From Paraphysomonas bandaiensis (lineage: Eukaryota > Protista > Chrysophyceae), in assembly GCA_965644295.1 (NCBI GenBank), contig CBFFRP010000373.1, positions 275,522 through 339,521 on the forward strand: DNA of 64,000 bases, written 5' to 3'. The notes under the pieces were generated by a model. It did no database searches. It was not told where the DNA came from and worked only from the letters and a program-made list of their open reading frames with translations. The position numbers and the translations under genes are program-made. Each line of letters opens with the position of its first letter. The first letter of the stretch is position 1. Shown piece by piece: positions 50,698 through 64,000 of this stretch.

Positions 50698-53229
50698 GAA
50701 TTGGAGTGGGGACATGAATCCTTTAGCAGTTTTGCAAGAAGGTAGCCTGTTCTTCATGTGTGTGGATGTCTTCATGGCTTGTTCCCAGAAATTCGTTGGA
50801 AGACCTGAATCCATCAAGCTACTAAGTGCTCGTTCTTTGATGGTTCTCCATGGTCGCTCTTGAAAAGGGTTGTCCTCGGGAGTATAGGGAGCGTTAAAAG
50901 TCCATGTTGCTCCAATGTATTGGAGATATTCCAATACTTTTCGTGAGACTAGTTCCTTCCCTCCATCGGCATGGTAATGTTGTAGTCGTTTACCTCTACT
51001 GCGTAGATACGTGACGACTTTCTGAATGGATTGGATAACGAAATTTTCATCTCTCGTTGTTCCGTAGGAGTCCCACTGGTACCTTGATGCTACATCGGCG
51101 ATCCCAAGTACATATCGATTTCCGGTAATAATTGCATCGGGTGTATGTGGTCCTGAGAAATCGGCTACTATGAGCTCCCCCAGCTCCTTTGCCCTTCTCA
51201 TTCTTTTCAACAACATTTGGCGGGTGGCATTCCTGTGCTTGCGTCTATGTGATTTCCCAGTTGCACATCCATCGCATAAACCGCCAGGTAGAGAGGCAAC
51301 ACTCATCTCCTCCTTTGTCATCTTGACACCAGTTATTAGAAGTGATTTTATTGCCTTCTGTATGAGTCCAAGTGATGCATGTGCTAGTCTCTCTTATGTG
51401 CTAACAGTGCAGGTTGACCTGAGGCAGTTGATGCGAGGTGAGATTCATCAGTGGGAGTACCGAGGTCTGATAGTGGAATTTCGTATAGGCCTCCAACGCG
51501 CTGGCCTTTCGATAGCAATATGCCGTCTTTAAATATTTCCACTGACTGGTTTCTGAATATGATTTCATGTCCGAGGTCATCCAGTTGGCTAATAGAAATG
51601 AGGGTCCTAGACGCTTGGTCCACGTGTTTGCACTTGTTGGGGATGATGCCTAGTCTTCCATGACCTGAGGATATCATTGTAGACCCTGATTTGGCTGTTT
51701 GAATCTCGGTGGGGCAATCAGTGTAGTCCGTAAGGTAGCTTGCTTCAGATGTAATTGATACTGTGCACCCCGAGTCAAGAGATCCCATTCCTGCCTTTTG
51801 ATCACTAACGAAGTGTGATTCATCGCTCGGTGTGTAAGCAACTCCTCCGTAGTCTCGTCCTTTTTGATAATCTGACGATGGGCCACTGTCTTCATAATTT
51901 GCAAGTTGATCAGAGTGGTCGTGGAAATATTCGTTACTCTGAGTCTGGAATTTCACTCTCTTGAACTTCGGTTTTCCTCTTGTTGATGACTTGTTGTCGG
52001 AGGAGCTTTTCATCTCTTGAATCTTCTCCCAGGAGTGCTTGCATTCCGATGCAATGTGCCCCTTTCCTCCGCATCTGAAGCACTTAATGTCTTTATCGGT
52101 TCTCTTATCATGTTTCTGTTTATTGGAGCGATATTTGGAAGATGTCCCCCTTTTTCGCTTAAAATTGACTTTGCTGCGGGAAAATGGGGTTTTTGATGCT
52201 GCGAGGTGACTACTGTCAGTGTTTGTGTCTTCATTGTTGGATGATAGGAGCGTTCCAACAGACGAGCTTCCTAACCCGCGAAGTCTGCGAATCAATACTT
52301 TTTATAATCATCAATTGGATGTAGCTGCAGATTAATTGCCAATTCTCGGTAAACCATGTTATCTTCTGAAACAATTCCCTGTCGTATTCGGGATATTAAG
52401 TCTTGGTCGTTGATCCGATGACCATAATTGATAAGCTTGTTTTTGAGCTTTTCGATAGCGTCAAGAAAATTGATTATTGACTGACCTTTTTTGATTTTTA
52501 GGCTCTGAAATTGACCAATCAGGTCGGTGATATTACATCATTTGTCGTTTTTTCCTTGAAGTGGGTTAGCAAATCGGTACAGGCGGTTTTTCCGTCTCCA
52601 TCGGGGACGTTTTCCAAAATCCCTTCGGCCTCTTCATCCTGACCAATGACAGCGCTCGAAATGACAGACCATAGGTAATTATTACCTTCATCATAATATA
52701 TATCGTTTCGTTTCGTGATACTGGTCGAGTCGAGATTGATAATCTTCGTCATCTGAAATCTCTCCTTCTTCAGGTTCAGTTGGATGATCGTTTTGTAGGG
52801 TATAAACGATCTTGGGTTTTCTGTAAAACCATGCACGGCACTTCTTCTGCCACTTGGAGAAGTTCTTCGCGTCGAACTTTGGCATTGAGTCTTTCTGTTT
52901 TTCGGTTGTTGAATCCGAGTCGGTTGAATCGTAGTTTGTAACTTTAACTGACATCTCGCTACCAAATAAAGAATTGATCTTTATAATAGTAAAACAATGT
53001 TGTGATTATTAGAGTGTAAGTAATGAACACGATAGAGTGAAAATTATGAATAACAATATAGAACGTACTATCATGCACAACGGAATAGTTAGAAGTGTAA
53101 CTGATAATGACGACGTTATGATGACGATCACGTATCTTCGACAGCTACTCTCTCTAATTCAGTTCATGGTGTATTTCATTGAACATTATAACTCACAGAT
53201 ACAATCATGTGTTAAGCTGAATCCTAATA
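47458..53229 (-). mobile_element. Ty1/Copia retrotransposon copy 2, full length with both LTRs, frameshifted
   Basis: 5' LTR 52967-53229; PBS TGGTAGCGAG at 52955-52964; gag from 52954; CCHC knuckle; SLDSGCT; integrase; YVDD; RNase H; PPT; 3' LTR 47458-47722. Confidence 0.95.
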
Positions 53230-53844
53230 CGCAACACTGATAAAATATGTTTAGCTGTGCTGAACAGACGTTCCCATGTATTGGAAGTACATACCAGGGC
53301 CAGGCAACCGTTAATGACTCGTGGATCTGTACGTTTCTTAATTTTTTGAGCTGACTGAAGATTTTTAGTCGCATAGTCAACATCAGCTTCATTACCCTTT
53401 GTAATGTTGTATTATCAATTTCTCGGTTATTTATATCCATTTTGCACCCTACAGTTGAGAATCTTCTCTTATATGACTATCATAATATTGATTGCAATAG
53501 TATTGTGAGCTCTTTAACAGAAACACTATTGATGGAATATTTGACCAGTCCACCAATCAATATATTTTACAATAGCAATATATTGTTCCCTATCCCTGAT
53601 TACATATATTCCCTTCAATTAAATTGCAATTACAACTAATTGTTACGCAGGAAGGAAATTTATTAGGGATTTTCGGCCAAAAAAATAATACTAATGTGAA
53701 ATATCTGAAGTAGGTTGAAATAACAAGCGCACACAATTGGGTTGAAATGTAAACACTATAAAATACTATAGCTATCATTATTATCTACATATAACTGCAG
53801 AACGTGCATATCTAGCCGCGACATCCCACAGTATGTAGATGCAG

Positions 53845-54815
53845 TTAAAGAGTCATACTCCCAAGCCATGAGTCCATCGCATTCTCAACAAGGACGGCGA
53901 CTTTGTTAACATCAACGGTACCGCTTGTCAACTTATCATCAAAAGCAGTCACAGCAGAATGATTCTCTGAGTTTCGATTCGCGGTGCACGGTTTCAGAAC
54001 ACTACTTCCAGCATGTATTCCATGCACCCCCGTGGAGTGGATAAGAGCAGAAGCGTTAGTAATGTTCACTCCGGCGGCTGCGATTATTTGTAGGGAACAG
54101 TTCGGCCGGGCGGAGATGTGGTCCACCATTTTTTTCAAACGCTGTGCCCCCTCTTTAGATCCAGCGGATAGTGCCCTCCCACTAGTTAGAAGCCGGTCAC
54201 ACCCAAGTGCTATAATCTCTTCTAAGGCCTCCACTAGATGTGTTGAGCAGACGTCGAAGGCACGGTGGAAAGTTAGTCGCATAGGGTGTGATATCGCTCG
54301 CACAATAGCCATCCGGACAACATCAATGCTTAGGTCCGACCGAAGAATACCAACTACAACGCCTGTCTTATGTATTTTATAACACTTCATATTTACGCAA
54401 GTTACGTACCGTCTGCTCCAGCGCTTTTAGCTGCAATTATGTCACTAATCATGACATCGAATTCGTCGTCAGTATAAACAAAGTTACCTTGTCGCGGGCG
54501 TATAAGTACGTTCACTTCAATAGAAGCATCAACAGCATATCTACAGCACTCCGATATAAACCCATACGACGGAGAGACACCACCTGCGGCTCGGTCCACA
54601 CATAATTCAACAGAGTTAGCGCCTCCTTCTAAGGCATTGCGAAATGATTCGATATCTGAGAGGCATATCTCCACAACATTAGTCGCCACTCTCTTTCGTT
54701 TTAAACACGCGTCACATAGATAAGAGTCGTACAGATACTTCAGGATGACCCCGAGGAGCACGGATCCGCCGCAAATAAGGGCTGTGCTTCGGAAGCCGGA
54801 TAGAGAAAACCCCAT
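53845..54815 (-). CDS. CUTC: CutC-family (copper homeostasis) TIM-barrel protein, 2 exons, with a hydrophobic N-terminal extension
   Basis: VEICL, GGANSVELC, GGVSPSYG, VLIRPRQGNFVY, GADG|VVVGIL, LTFHRAFD and RLLTSG motifs; intron about 54367-54409. Confidence 0.93.
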
Positions 54816-56540
54816 AAAGTTATTTTATATTATGGGCGTCTGAGAAGCAAATGTGCCGATGAGAATATAAATAACTCACGAACCAGAATCATACTGCCAC
54901 TGAACTGAAGAATTGAGATATTGTGACTCTACTTAGAGCGAAATCAATCTAAATAACAACAATAGCAACCACATTCTGTCACATGCATACTGGGCCGTAC
55001 ACTATCCTACTTCCAGGCAGTACAAAAAAAACTACCCAAGTCCAGAAAAAGCATCCCACTTCTATTGTATCACTGTGCGTGTTGTTCACATATTTTAGAG
55101 GAAAGGCAGGATTTTGGGAAAAGTATAGCCACTTCGTACGTACATGTATAATGGTATGTATTACATAATACAGTGGTATGCGTTTCTGGCTTGATGCATA
55201 TATTACATCACTCTGACATTGCCCGCATTGATGATCTATACAGCAGTATCATCAGGAAGGCAGTGGTCTCAGCTCTTCCGTAGACGTATTTCGACGGCGT
55301 TGTGTGTATGGATCATAACCATAGGCGAGGTGTCCCTCCCTATGATCTCAGAGACAACAATACAAGATAAAATAAAGAGGTACACACAGAAAGGCTCAGA
55401 GCGCCCTCATTGCCCTCTCTCTTATGTGTGTGGTACGACGACACATAGGATGGTGGAATATGGTGAACACAGAGCTTAAGCCATTGCAGCTACCGGTACG
55501 GCTATGTATAATATATATATGGGATAGGGAATATACGCCCTATACGAATGCATGTATAGTCTGTAAACTGAAACCTCCGGGCGGATGCATATATGATGAT
55601 CATGATTGCTGTAAATATATTTCTATATCCAGAGTCAGTCCATTAGACTGGAATATTTCAATGATGTGTTGTCTTGAAACTGCACTCATCTACCTCTATA
55701 TTCATGTCTTCAGAATTAAATTCAGATAGCGCATTATTATATTAAAGCTCTTTATACGACATCCTTCATCTTAATGTTTTGAGCTGTAGTTGTCCCTACA
55801 GACCACAGACAAAGAAGGTAGCCACATTAAATCACTGTAAAGTTTGTGTGTAACATTATTTGTCTAATGGTCTTGCTGTAGTTGTTGATGTATCATCGTA
55901 TGTTAGAGTGGGGTATGTGAGGTCGACACATCAACCTGCATATATTACACACGATATCTTGTATCAGCCGGTCCGAGTGCACAACATACTCGGTGACAGG
56001 AACCGAATGCATAGTGCTATTGAATGTATCGCTGTTTTCCCGACATTACAGTGGAATACTACCATATGGTTCATCTATCGGCATTGGGTCATAGTGCACG
56101 TTCCAACTTCGTCGCCGACTTCAACAGATGTGCACCTTCTACTGGTGGTGTCAAGTGGTGTGATGAAGCTAACTGGATCACTGACTACCTCATGAACCTC
56201 GTCTACAAGATCTGTTCTCATATACAAGGCCTGTAGGCAGTTGAGTGCTCTGTACGAAGTGGTCCTGGTACCTGGTGCGTCGGACCGGTCCAGTCACGGA
56301 GGGGAGACTTGGATATTCAATCTGAACGCCAGTGCAATGAGGTAGATCTACAAGAAAATTAACCTCCCGAATGCATAATTACTCTTTCTATAACCCTGGA
56401 TGCATTCTATGTCCCTATTACCCTGGCCTCATTCATAGAGAGCATTTTTCATCAGGAAAATCACCTTATGTTTCTCCAGTATATGAGGTAAGGAGTATTA
56501 CTACGTATCCTACTATGCAGTAACCCCTTAGTGCTCTGCC

Positions 56541-59500
56541 CAATTCCGCTCAGGGTTGACTTATGATAACTATCCTCATGTTTATCAGAGGTGTAGAATA
56601 ATAACACATCACTGCGGAAGGTAATACTTACATAGAAACACAGTAGTAGCATACACATGCCACATCGACATACATTATAACATATATTACATATACTGTC
56701 CTGCAATTCCGCTCAGGGTTGACTTATGATAACTATCCTCATGTTTATCAGAGGTGTAGAATAATAACACATCACTGCGGAAGGTAATACTTACATAGAA
56801 ACACAGTAGTAGCATACACATGCCACATCGAGATACATTATAACATATATTATATATACTGTCCTGCAATTCCGCTCAGGGTTGACTTATGATAACTATC
56901 CTCATGTTTATCAGAGGTGTAGAATAATAACACATCACTGCGGAAGGTAATACTTACATAGAAACACAGTAGTAGCATACACATGCCACATCGAGATACA
57001 TTATAACATTTATTACATATACTGTCCTGCAATTCCGCTCAGGGTTGACTTATGATAACTATCCTCATGTTTATCAGAGGTGTAGAATAATAACACATCA
57101 CTGCGGAAGGTAATACTTACATAGAAACACAGTAGTAGCATACACATGCCACATCGACATACATTATAACATATATTACATATACTGTCCTGCAATTCCG
57201 CTCAGGGTTGACTTATGATAACTATCCTCATGTTTATCAGAGGTGTAGAATAATAACACATCACTGCGGAAGGTAATACTTACATAGAAACACAGTAGTA
57301 GCATACACATGCCACATCGAGATACATTATAACATATATTATATATACTGTCCTGCAATTCCGCTCAGGGTTGACTTATGATAACTATCCTCATGTTTAG
57401 CAGAGGTGTAGAATAATAACACATCACTGCGGAAGGTAATACTTACATAGAAACACAGTAGTAGCATACACATGCCACATCGAGATACATTATAACATAT
57501 ATTATATATACTGTCCTGCAATTCCGCTCAGGGTTGACTTATGATAACTATCCTCATGTTTATCAGAGGTGTAGAATAATAACACAACATCACTGCGGAA
57601 GATAATACTTACATAGAAACACAGTAGTAGCATACACATGCCACATCGAGATACATTATAACATATATTATATATACTGTCCTGCAATTCCGCTCAGGGT
57701 TGACTTATGATAACTATCCTCATGTTTATCAGAGGTGTAGAATAATAACACATCACTGCGGAAGGTAATACTTACATAGAAACACAGTAGTAGCATACAC
57801 ATGCCACATCGAGATACATTATAACATATATTATATATACTGTCCTGCAATTCCGCTCAGGGTTGACTTATGATAACTATCCTCATGTTTAGCAGAGGTG
57901 TAGAATAATAACACATCACTGCGGAAGGTAATACTTACATAGAAACACAGTAGTAGCATACACATGCCACATCGAGATACATTATAACATATATTATATA
58001 TACTGTCCTGCAATTCCGCTCAGGGTTGACTTATGATAACTATCCTCATGTTTATCAGAGGTGTAGAATAATAACACAACATCACTGCGGAAGATAATAC
58101 TTACATAGAAACACAGTAGTAGCATACACATGCCACATCGAGATACATTATAACATATATTATATATACTGTCCTGCAATTCCGCTCAGGGTTGACTTAT
58201 GATAACTATCCTCATGTTTATCAGAGGTGTAGAATAATAACACATCACTGCGGAAGGTAATACTTACATAGAAACACAGTAGTAGCATACACATGCCACA
58301 TCGAGATACATTATAACATATATTATATATACTGTCCTGCAATTCCGCTCAGGGTTGACTTATGATAACTATCCTCATGTTTAGCAGAGGTGTAGAATAA
58401 TAACACATCACTGCGGAAGGTAATACTTACATAGAAACACAGTAGTAGCATACACATGCCACATCGAGATACATTATAACATATATTATATATACTGTCC
58501 TGCAATTCCGCTCAGGGTTGACTTATGATAACTATCCTCATGTTTATCAGAGGTGTAGAATAATAACACAACATCACTGCGGAAGATAATACTTACATAG
58601 AAACACAGTAGTAGCATACACATGCCACATCGAGATACATTATAACATATATTATATATACTGTCCTGCAATTCCGCTCAGGGTTGACTTATGATAACTA
58701 TCCTCATGTTTATCAGAGGTGTAGAATAATAACACATCACTGCGGAAGGTAATACTTACATAGAAACACAGTAGTAGCATACACATGCCACATCGAGATA
58801 CATTATAACATATATTATATATACTGTCCTGCAATTCCGCTCAGGGTTGACTTATGATAACTATCCTCATGTTTATCAGAGGTGTAGGATAATAACACAA
58901 CATCACTGCGGAAGATAATACTTACATAGAAACACAGTAGTAGCATACACATGCCACATCGAGATACATTATAACATATATTATATATACTGTCCTGCAA
59001 TTCCGCTCAGGGTTGACTTATGATAACTATCCTCATGTTTATCAGAGGTGTAGAATAATAACACAACATCACTGCGGAAGATAATACTTACATAGAAACA
59101 CAGTAGTAGCATACACATGCCACATCGAGATACATTATAACATATATTATATATACTGTCCTGCAATTCCGCTCAGGGTTGACTTATGATAACTATCCTC
59201 ATGTTTATCAGAGGTGTAGAATAATAACACATCACTGCGGAAGGTAATACTTACATAGAAACACAGTAGTAGCATACACATGCCACATCGACATACATTA
59301 TAACATATATTACATATACTGTCCTGCAATTCCGCTCAGGGTTGACTTATGATAACTATCCTCATGTTTATCAGAGGTGTAGAATAATAACACATCACTG
59401 CGGAAGGTAATACTTACATAGAAACACAGTAGTAGCATACACATGCCACATCGAGATACATTATAACATATATTATATATACTGTCCTGCAATTCCGCTC

Positions 59501-62500
59501 AGGGTTGACTTATGATAACTATCCTCATGTTTATCAGAGGTGTAGAATAATAACACATCACTGCGGAAGGTAATACTTACATAGAAACACAGTAGTAGCA
59601 TACACATGCCACATCGAGATACATTATAACATATATTATATATACTGTCCTGCAATTCCGCTCAGGGTTGACTTATGATAACTATCCTCATGTTTATCAG
59701 AGGTGTAGAATAATAACACATCACTGCGGAAGGTAATACTTAGATAGAAACACAGTAGTTGCATACACATGCCACATCGAGATACATTATAACATTTGTT
59801 ACATATACTGTCCTGCAATTCCGCTCAGGGTTGACTTATGATAACTATCCTCATGTTTATCAGAGGTGTAGAATAATAACACATCACTGCGGAAGGTAAT
59901 ACTTACATAGAAACACAGTAGTAGCATACACATGCCACATCGACATACATTATAACATATATTACATATACTGTCCTGCAATTCCGCTCAGGGTTGACTT
60001 ATGATAACTATCCTCATGTTTATCAGAGGTGTAGAATAATAACACATCACTGCGGAAGGTAATACTTACATAGAAACACAGTAGTAGCATACACATGCCA
60101 CATCGAGATACATTATAACATATATTATATATACTGTCCTGCAATTCCGCTCAGGGTTGACTTATGATAACTATCCTCATGTTTATCAGAGGTGTAGAAT
60201 AATAACACATCACTGCGGAAGGTAATACTTACATAGAAACACAGTAGTAGCATACACATGCCACATCGAGATACATTATAACATATATTACATATACTGT
60301 CCTGCAATTCCGCTCAGGGTTGACTTATGATAACTATCCTCATGTTTATCAGAGGTGTAGAATAATAACACATCACTGCGGAAGGTAATACTTACATAGA
60401 AACACAGTAGTAGCATACACATGCCACATCGAGATACATTATAACATATATTATATATACTGTCCTGCAATTCCGCTCAGGGTTGACTTATGATAACTAT
60501 CCTCATGTTTATCAGAGGTGTAGAATAATAACACATCACTGCGGAAGGTAATACTTAGATAGAAACACAGTAGTTGCATACACATGCCACATCGAGATAC
60601 ATTATAACATTTATTACATATACTGTCCTGCAATTCCGCTCAGGGTTGACTTATGATAACTATCCTCATGTTTATCAGAGGTGTAGAATAATAACACATC
60701 ACTGCGGAAGGTAATACTTACATAGAAACACAGTAGTAGCATACACATGCCACATCGACATACATTATAACATATATTACATATACTGTCCTGCAATTCC
60801 GCTCAGGGTTGACTTATGATAACTATCCTCATGTTTATCAGAGGTGTAGAATAATAACACATCACTGCGGAAGGTAATACTTACATAGAAACACAGTAGT
60901 AGCATACACATGCCACATCGAGATACATTATAACATATATTATATATACTGTCCTGCAATTCCGCTCAGGGTTGACTTATGATAACTATCCTCATGTTTA
61001 TCAGAGGTGTAGAATAATAACACATCACTGCGGAAGGTAATACTTACATAGAAACACAGTAGTAGCATACACATGCCACATCGAGATACATTATAACATA
61101 TATTATATATACTGTCCTGCAATTCCGCTCAGGGTTGACTTATGATAACTATCCTCATGTTTATCAGAGGTGTAGAATAATAACACATCACTGCGGAAGG
61201 TAATACTTACATAGAAACACAGTAGTAGCATACACATGCCACATCGAGATACATTATAACATATATTACATATACTGTCCTGCAATTCCGCTCAGGGTTG
61301 ACTTATGATAACTATCCTCATGTTTATCAGAGGTGTAGAATAATAACACATCACTGCGGAAGGTAATACTTACATAGAAACACAGTAGTAGCATACACAT
61401 GCCACATCGAGATACATTATAACATATATTATATATACTGTCCTGCAATTCCGCTCAGGGTTGACTTATGATAACTATCCTCATGTTTATCAGAGGTGTA
61501 GAATAATAACACATCACTGCGGAAGGTAATACTTAGATAGAAACACAGTAGTTGCATACACATGCCACATCGAGATACATTATAACATATATTATATATA
61601 CTGTCCTGCAATTCCGCTCAGGGTTGACTTATGATAACTATCCTCATGTTTATCAGAGGTGTAGAATAATAACACATCACTGCGGAAGGAAATACTTAGA
61701 TAGAAACACAGTAGTAGCATACACATGCCACATCGACATACATTATAACATATATTACATATACTGTCCTGCAATTCCGCTCAGGGTTGACTTATGATAA
61801 CTATCCTCATGTTTATCAGAGGTGTAGAATAATAACACATCACTGCGGAAGGTAATACTTACATAGAAACACAGTAGTAGCATACACATGCCACATCGAG
61901 ATACATTATAACATATATTACATATACTGTCCTGCAATTCCGCTCAGGGTTGACTTATGATAACTATCCTCATGTTTATCAGAGGTGTAGAATAATAACA
62001 CATCACTGCGGAAGGTAATACTTACATAGAAACACAGTAGTAGCATACACATGCCACATCGAGATACATTATAACATATATTATATATACTGTCCTGCAA
62101 TTCCGCTCAGGGTTGACTTATGATAACTATCCTCATGTTTATCAGAGGTGTAGAATAATAACACATCACTGCGGAAGGTAATACTTACATAGAAACACAG
62201 TAGTAGCATACACATGCCACATCGAGATACATTATAACATATATTACATATACTGTCCTGCAATTCCGCTCAGGGTTGACTTATGATAACTATCCTCATG
62301 TTTATCAGAGGTGTAGAATAATAACACATCACTGCGGAAGGTAATACTTAGATAGAAACACAGTAGTTGCATACACATGCCACATCGAGATACATTATAA
62401 CATTTATTACATATACTGTCCTGCAATTCCGCTCAGGGTTGACTTATGATAACTATCCTCATGTTTATCAGAGGTGTAGAATAATAACACATCACTGCGG

Positions 62501-64000
62501 AAGGTAATACTTACATAGAAACACAGTAGTAGCATACACATGCCACATCGACATACATTATAACATATATTACATATACTGTCCTGCAATTCCGCTCAGG
62601 GTTGACTTATGATAACTATCCTCATGTTTATCAGAGGTGTAGAATAATAACACATCACTGCGGAAGGTAATACTTACATAGAAACACAGTAGTAGCATAC
62701 ACATGCCACATCGAGATACATTATAACATATATTATATATACTGTCCTGCAATTCCGCTCAGGGTTGACTTATGATAACTATCCTCATGTTTATCAGAGG
62801 TGTAGAATAATAACACATCACTGCGGAAAGTAATACTTACATAGAAACACAGTAGTAGCATACACATGCCACATCGAGATACATTATAACATATATTACA
62901 TATACTGTCCTGCAATTCCGCTCAGGGTTGACTTATGATAACTATCCTCATGTTTATCAGAGGTGTAGAATAATAACACATCACTGCGGAAGGTAATACT
63001 TACATAGAAACACAGTAGTAGCATACACATGCCACATCGAGATACATTATAACATATATTATATATACTGTCCTGCAATTCCGCTCAGGGTTGACTTATG
63101 ATAACTATCCTCATGTTTATCAGAGGTGTAGAATAATAACACATCACTGCGGAAGGTAATACTTACATAGAAACACAGTAGTAGCATACACATGCCACAT
63201 CGAGATACATTATAACATATATTATATATACTGTCCTGCAATTCCGCTCAGGGTTGACTTATGATAACTATCCTCATGTTTATCAGAGGTGTAGAATAAT
63301 AACACATCACTGCGGAAGGTAATACTTACATAGAAACACAGTAGTAGCATACACATGCCACATCGAGATACATTATAACATATATTATATATACTGTCCT
63401 GCAATTCCGCTCAGGGTTGACTTATGATAACTATCCTCATGTTTATCAGAGGTGTAGAATAATAACACATCACTGCGGAAGGTAATACTTACATAGAAAC
63501 ACAGTAGTAGCATACACATGCCACATCGACATACATTATAACATATATTATATATACTGTCCTGCAATTCCGCTCAGGGTTGACTTATGATAACTATCCT
63601 CATGTTTATCAGAGGTGTAGAATAATAACACATCACTGCGGAAGGTAATACTTACATAGAAACACAGTAGTAGCATACACATGCCACATCGAGATACATT
63701 ATAACATATATTACATATACTGTCCTGCAATTCCGCTCAGGGTTGACTTATGATAACTATCCTCATGTTTATCAGAGGTGTAGAATAATAACACATCACT
63801 GCGGAAGGTAATACTTACATAGAAACACAGTAGTAGCATACACATGCCACATCGAGATACATTATAACATATATTATATATACTGTCCTGCAATTCCGCT
63901 CAGGGTTGACTTATGATAACTATCCTCATGTTTATCAGAGGTGTAGAATAATAACACATCACTGCGGAAGGTAATACTTACATAGAAACACAGTAGTAGC
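56541..64000. repeat. 163-bp tandem satellite (about 46 units, some 166 bp), continuing past the window edge
   Basis: Near-identical units CAATTCCGCTCAGGG...ATACTGTCCTG at 163/166-bp spacing, with no spacers. Confidence 0.99.

Noticed and set aside
53238-53652. hAT-like element enclosing Copia copy 2
   Set aside because: TIR-like sequences near 53640 and 47353 are only loosely similar, and no 8-bp TSD was found.
56391-56530. Telomeric repeats
   Set aside because: Only isolated TAACCC motifs, not a tandem array.
56461-63893. Dozens of 60-aa ORFs (MQDSI...)
   Set aside because: They are artefacts of a 163-bp unit (not a multiple of 3), with TTG starts and overlapping ends.
56541-64000. CRISPR array or tandem snRNA/5S genes
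   Set aside because: There are no unique spacers and no cas genes. The ATACTTAC match to the U1 5' end does not extend, and no 5S or tRNA features are present.

Overview
This is eukaryotic nuclear DNA with very short (about 37-65 nt) GT-AG introns. It probably comes from a flagellated protist (it has a RIB43A-like ciliary gene; a stramenopile affiliation is inference only). Bases 1-17.5 kb are a nest of transposable elements. A Ty1/Copia element on the + strand carries four insertions: (i) an unusual, apparently intact Gypsy-like element with a CCCH-finger Gag, an in-frame TGA between gag and pol, and an RT motif IFDN instead of YxDD; (ii) a related solo LTR; (iii) a 5.6-kb two-gene DNA transposon (GHTHEDID-type DDD transposase plus a divergent Myb/SANT protein, AAGTAAAC termini, 3-bp TSDs); and (iv) a MITE of the same DNA transposon family. 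Host genes are a 2-hydroxyacid dehydrogenase with one in-frame TAG, arginase, a RIB43A-like protein, an LRR/ankyrin-like protein, CPSF2 and CutC. Between them lie a hAT deletion derivative, fragments of an RNase H-bearing LINE and its bipartite non-autonomous partner, a MITE split by an inversion, a third Copia fragment, and a second Copia on the - strand whose 3' half and flank are a near-identical inverted duplicate of the first. The window ends in more than 7.4 kb of 163-bp satellite with higher-order structure. The best candidates for something undescribed are the AAG-terminal, 3-bp-TSD, transposase-plus-Myb transposon family and the IFDN/CCCH/readthrough Gypsy lineage.
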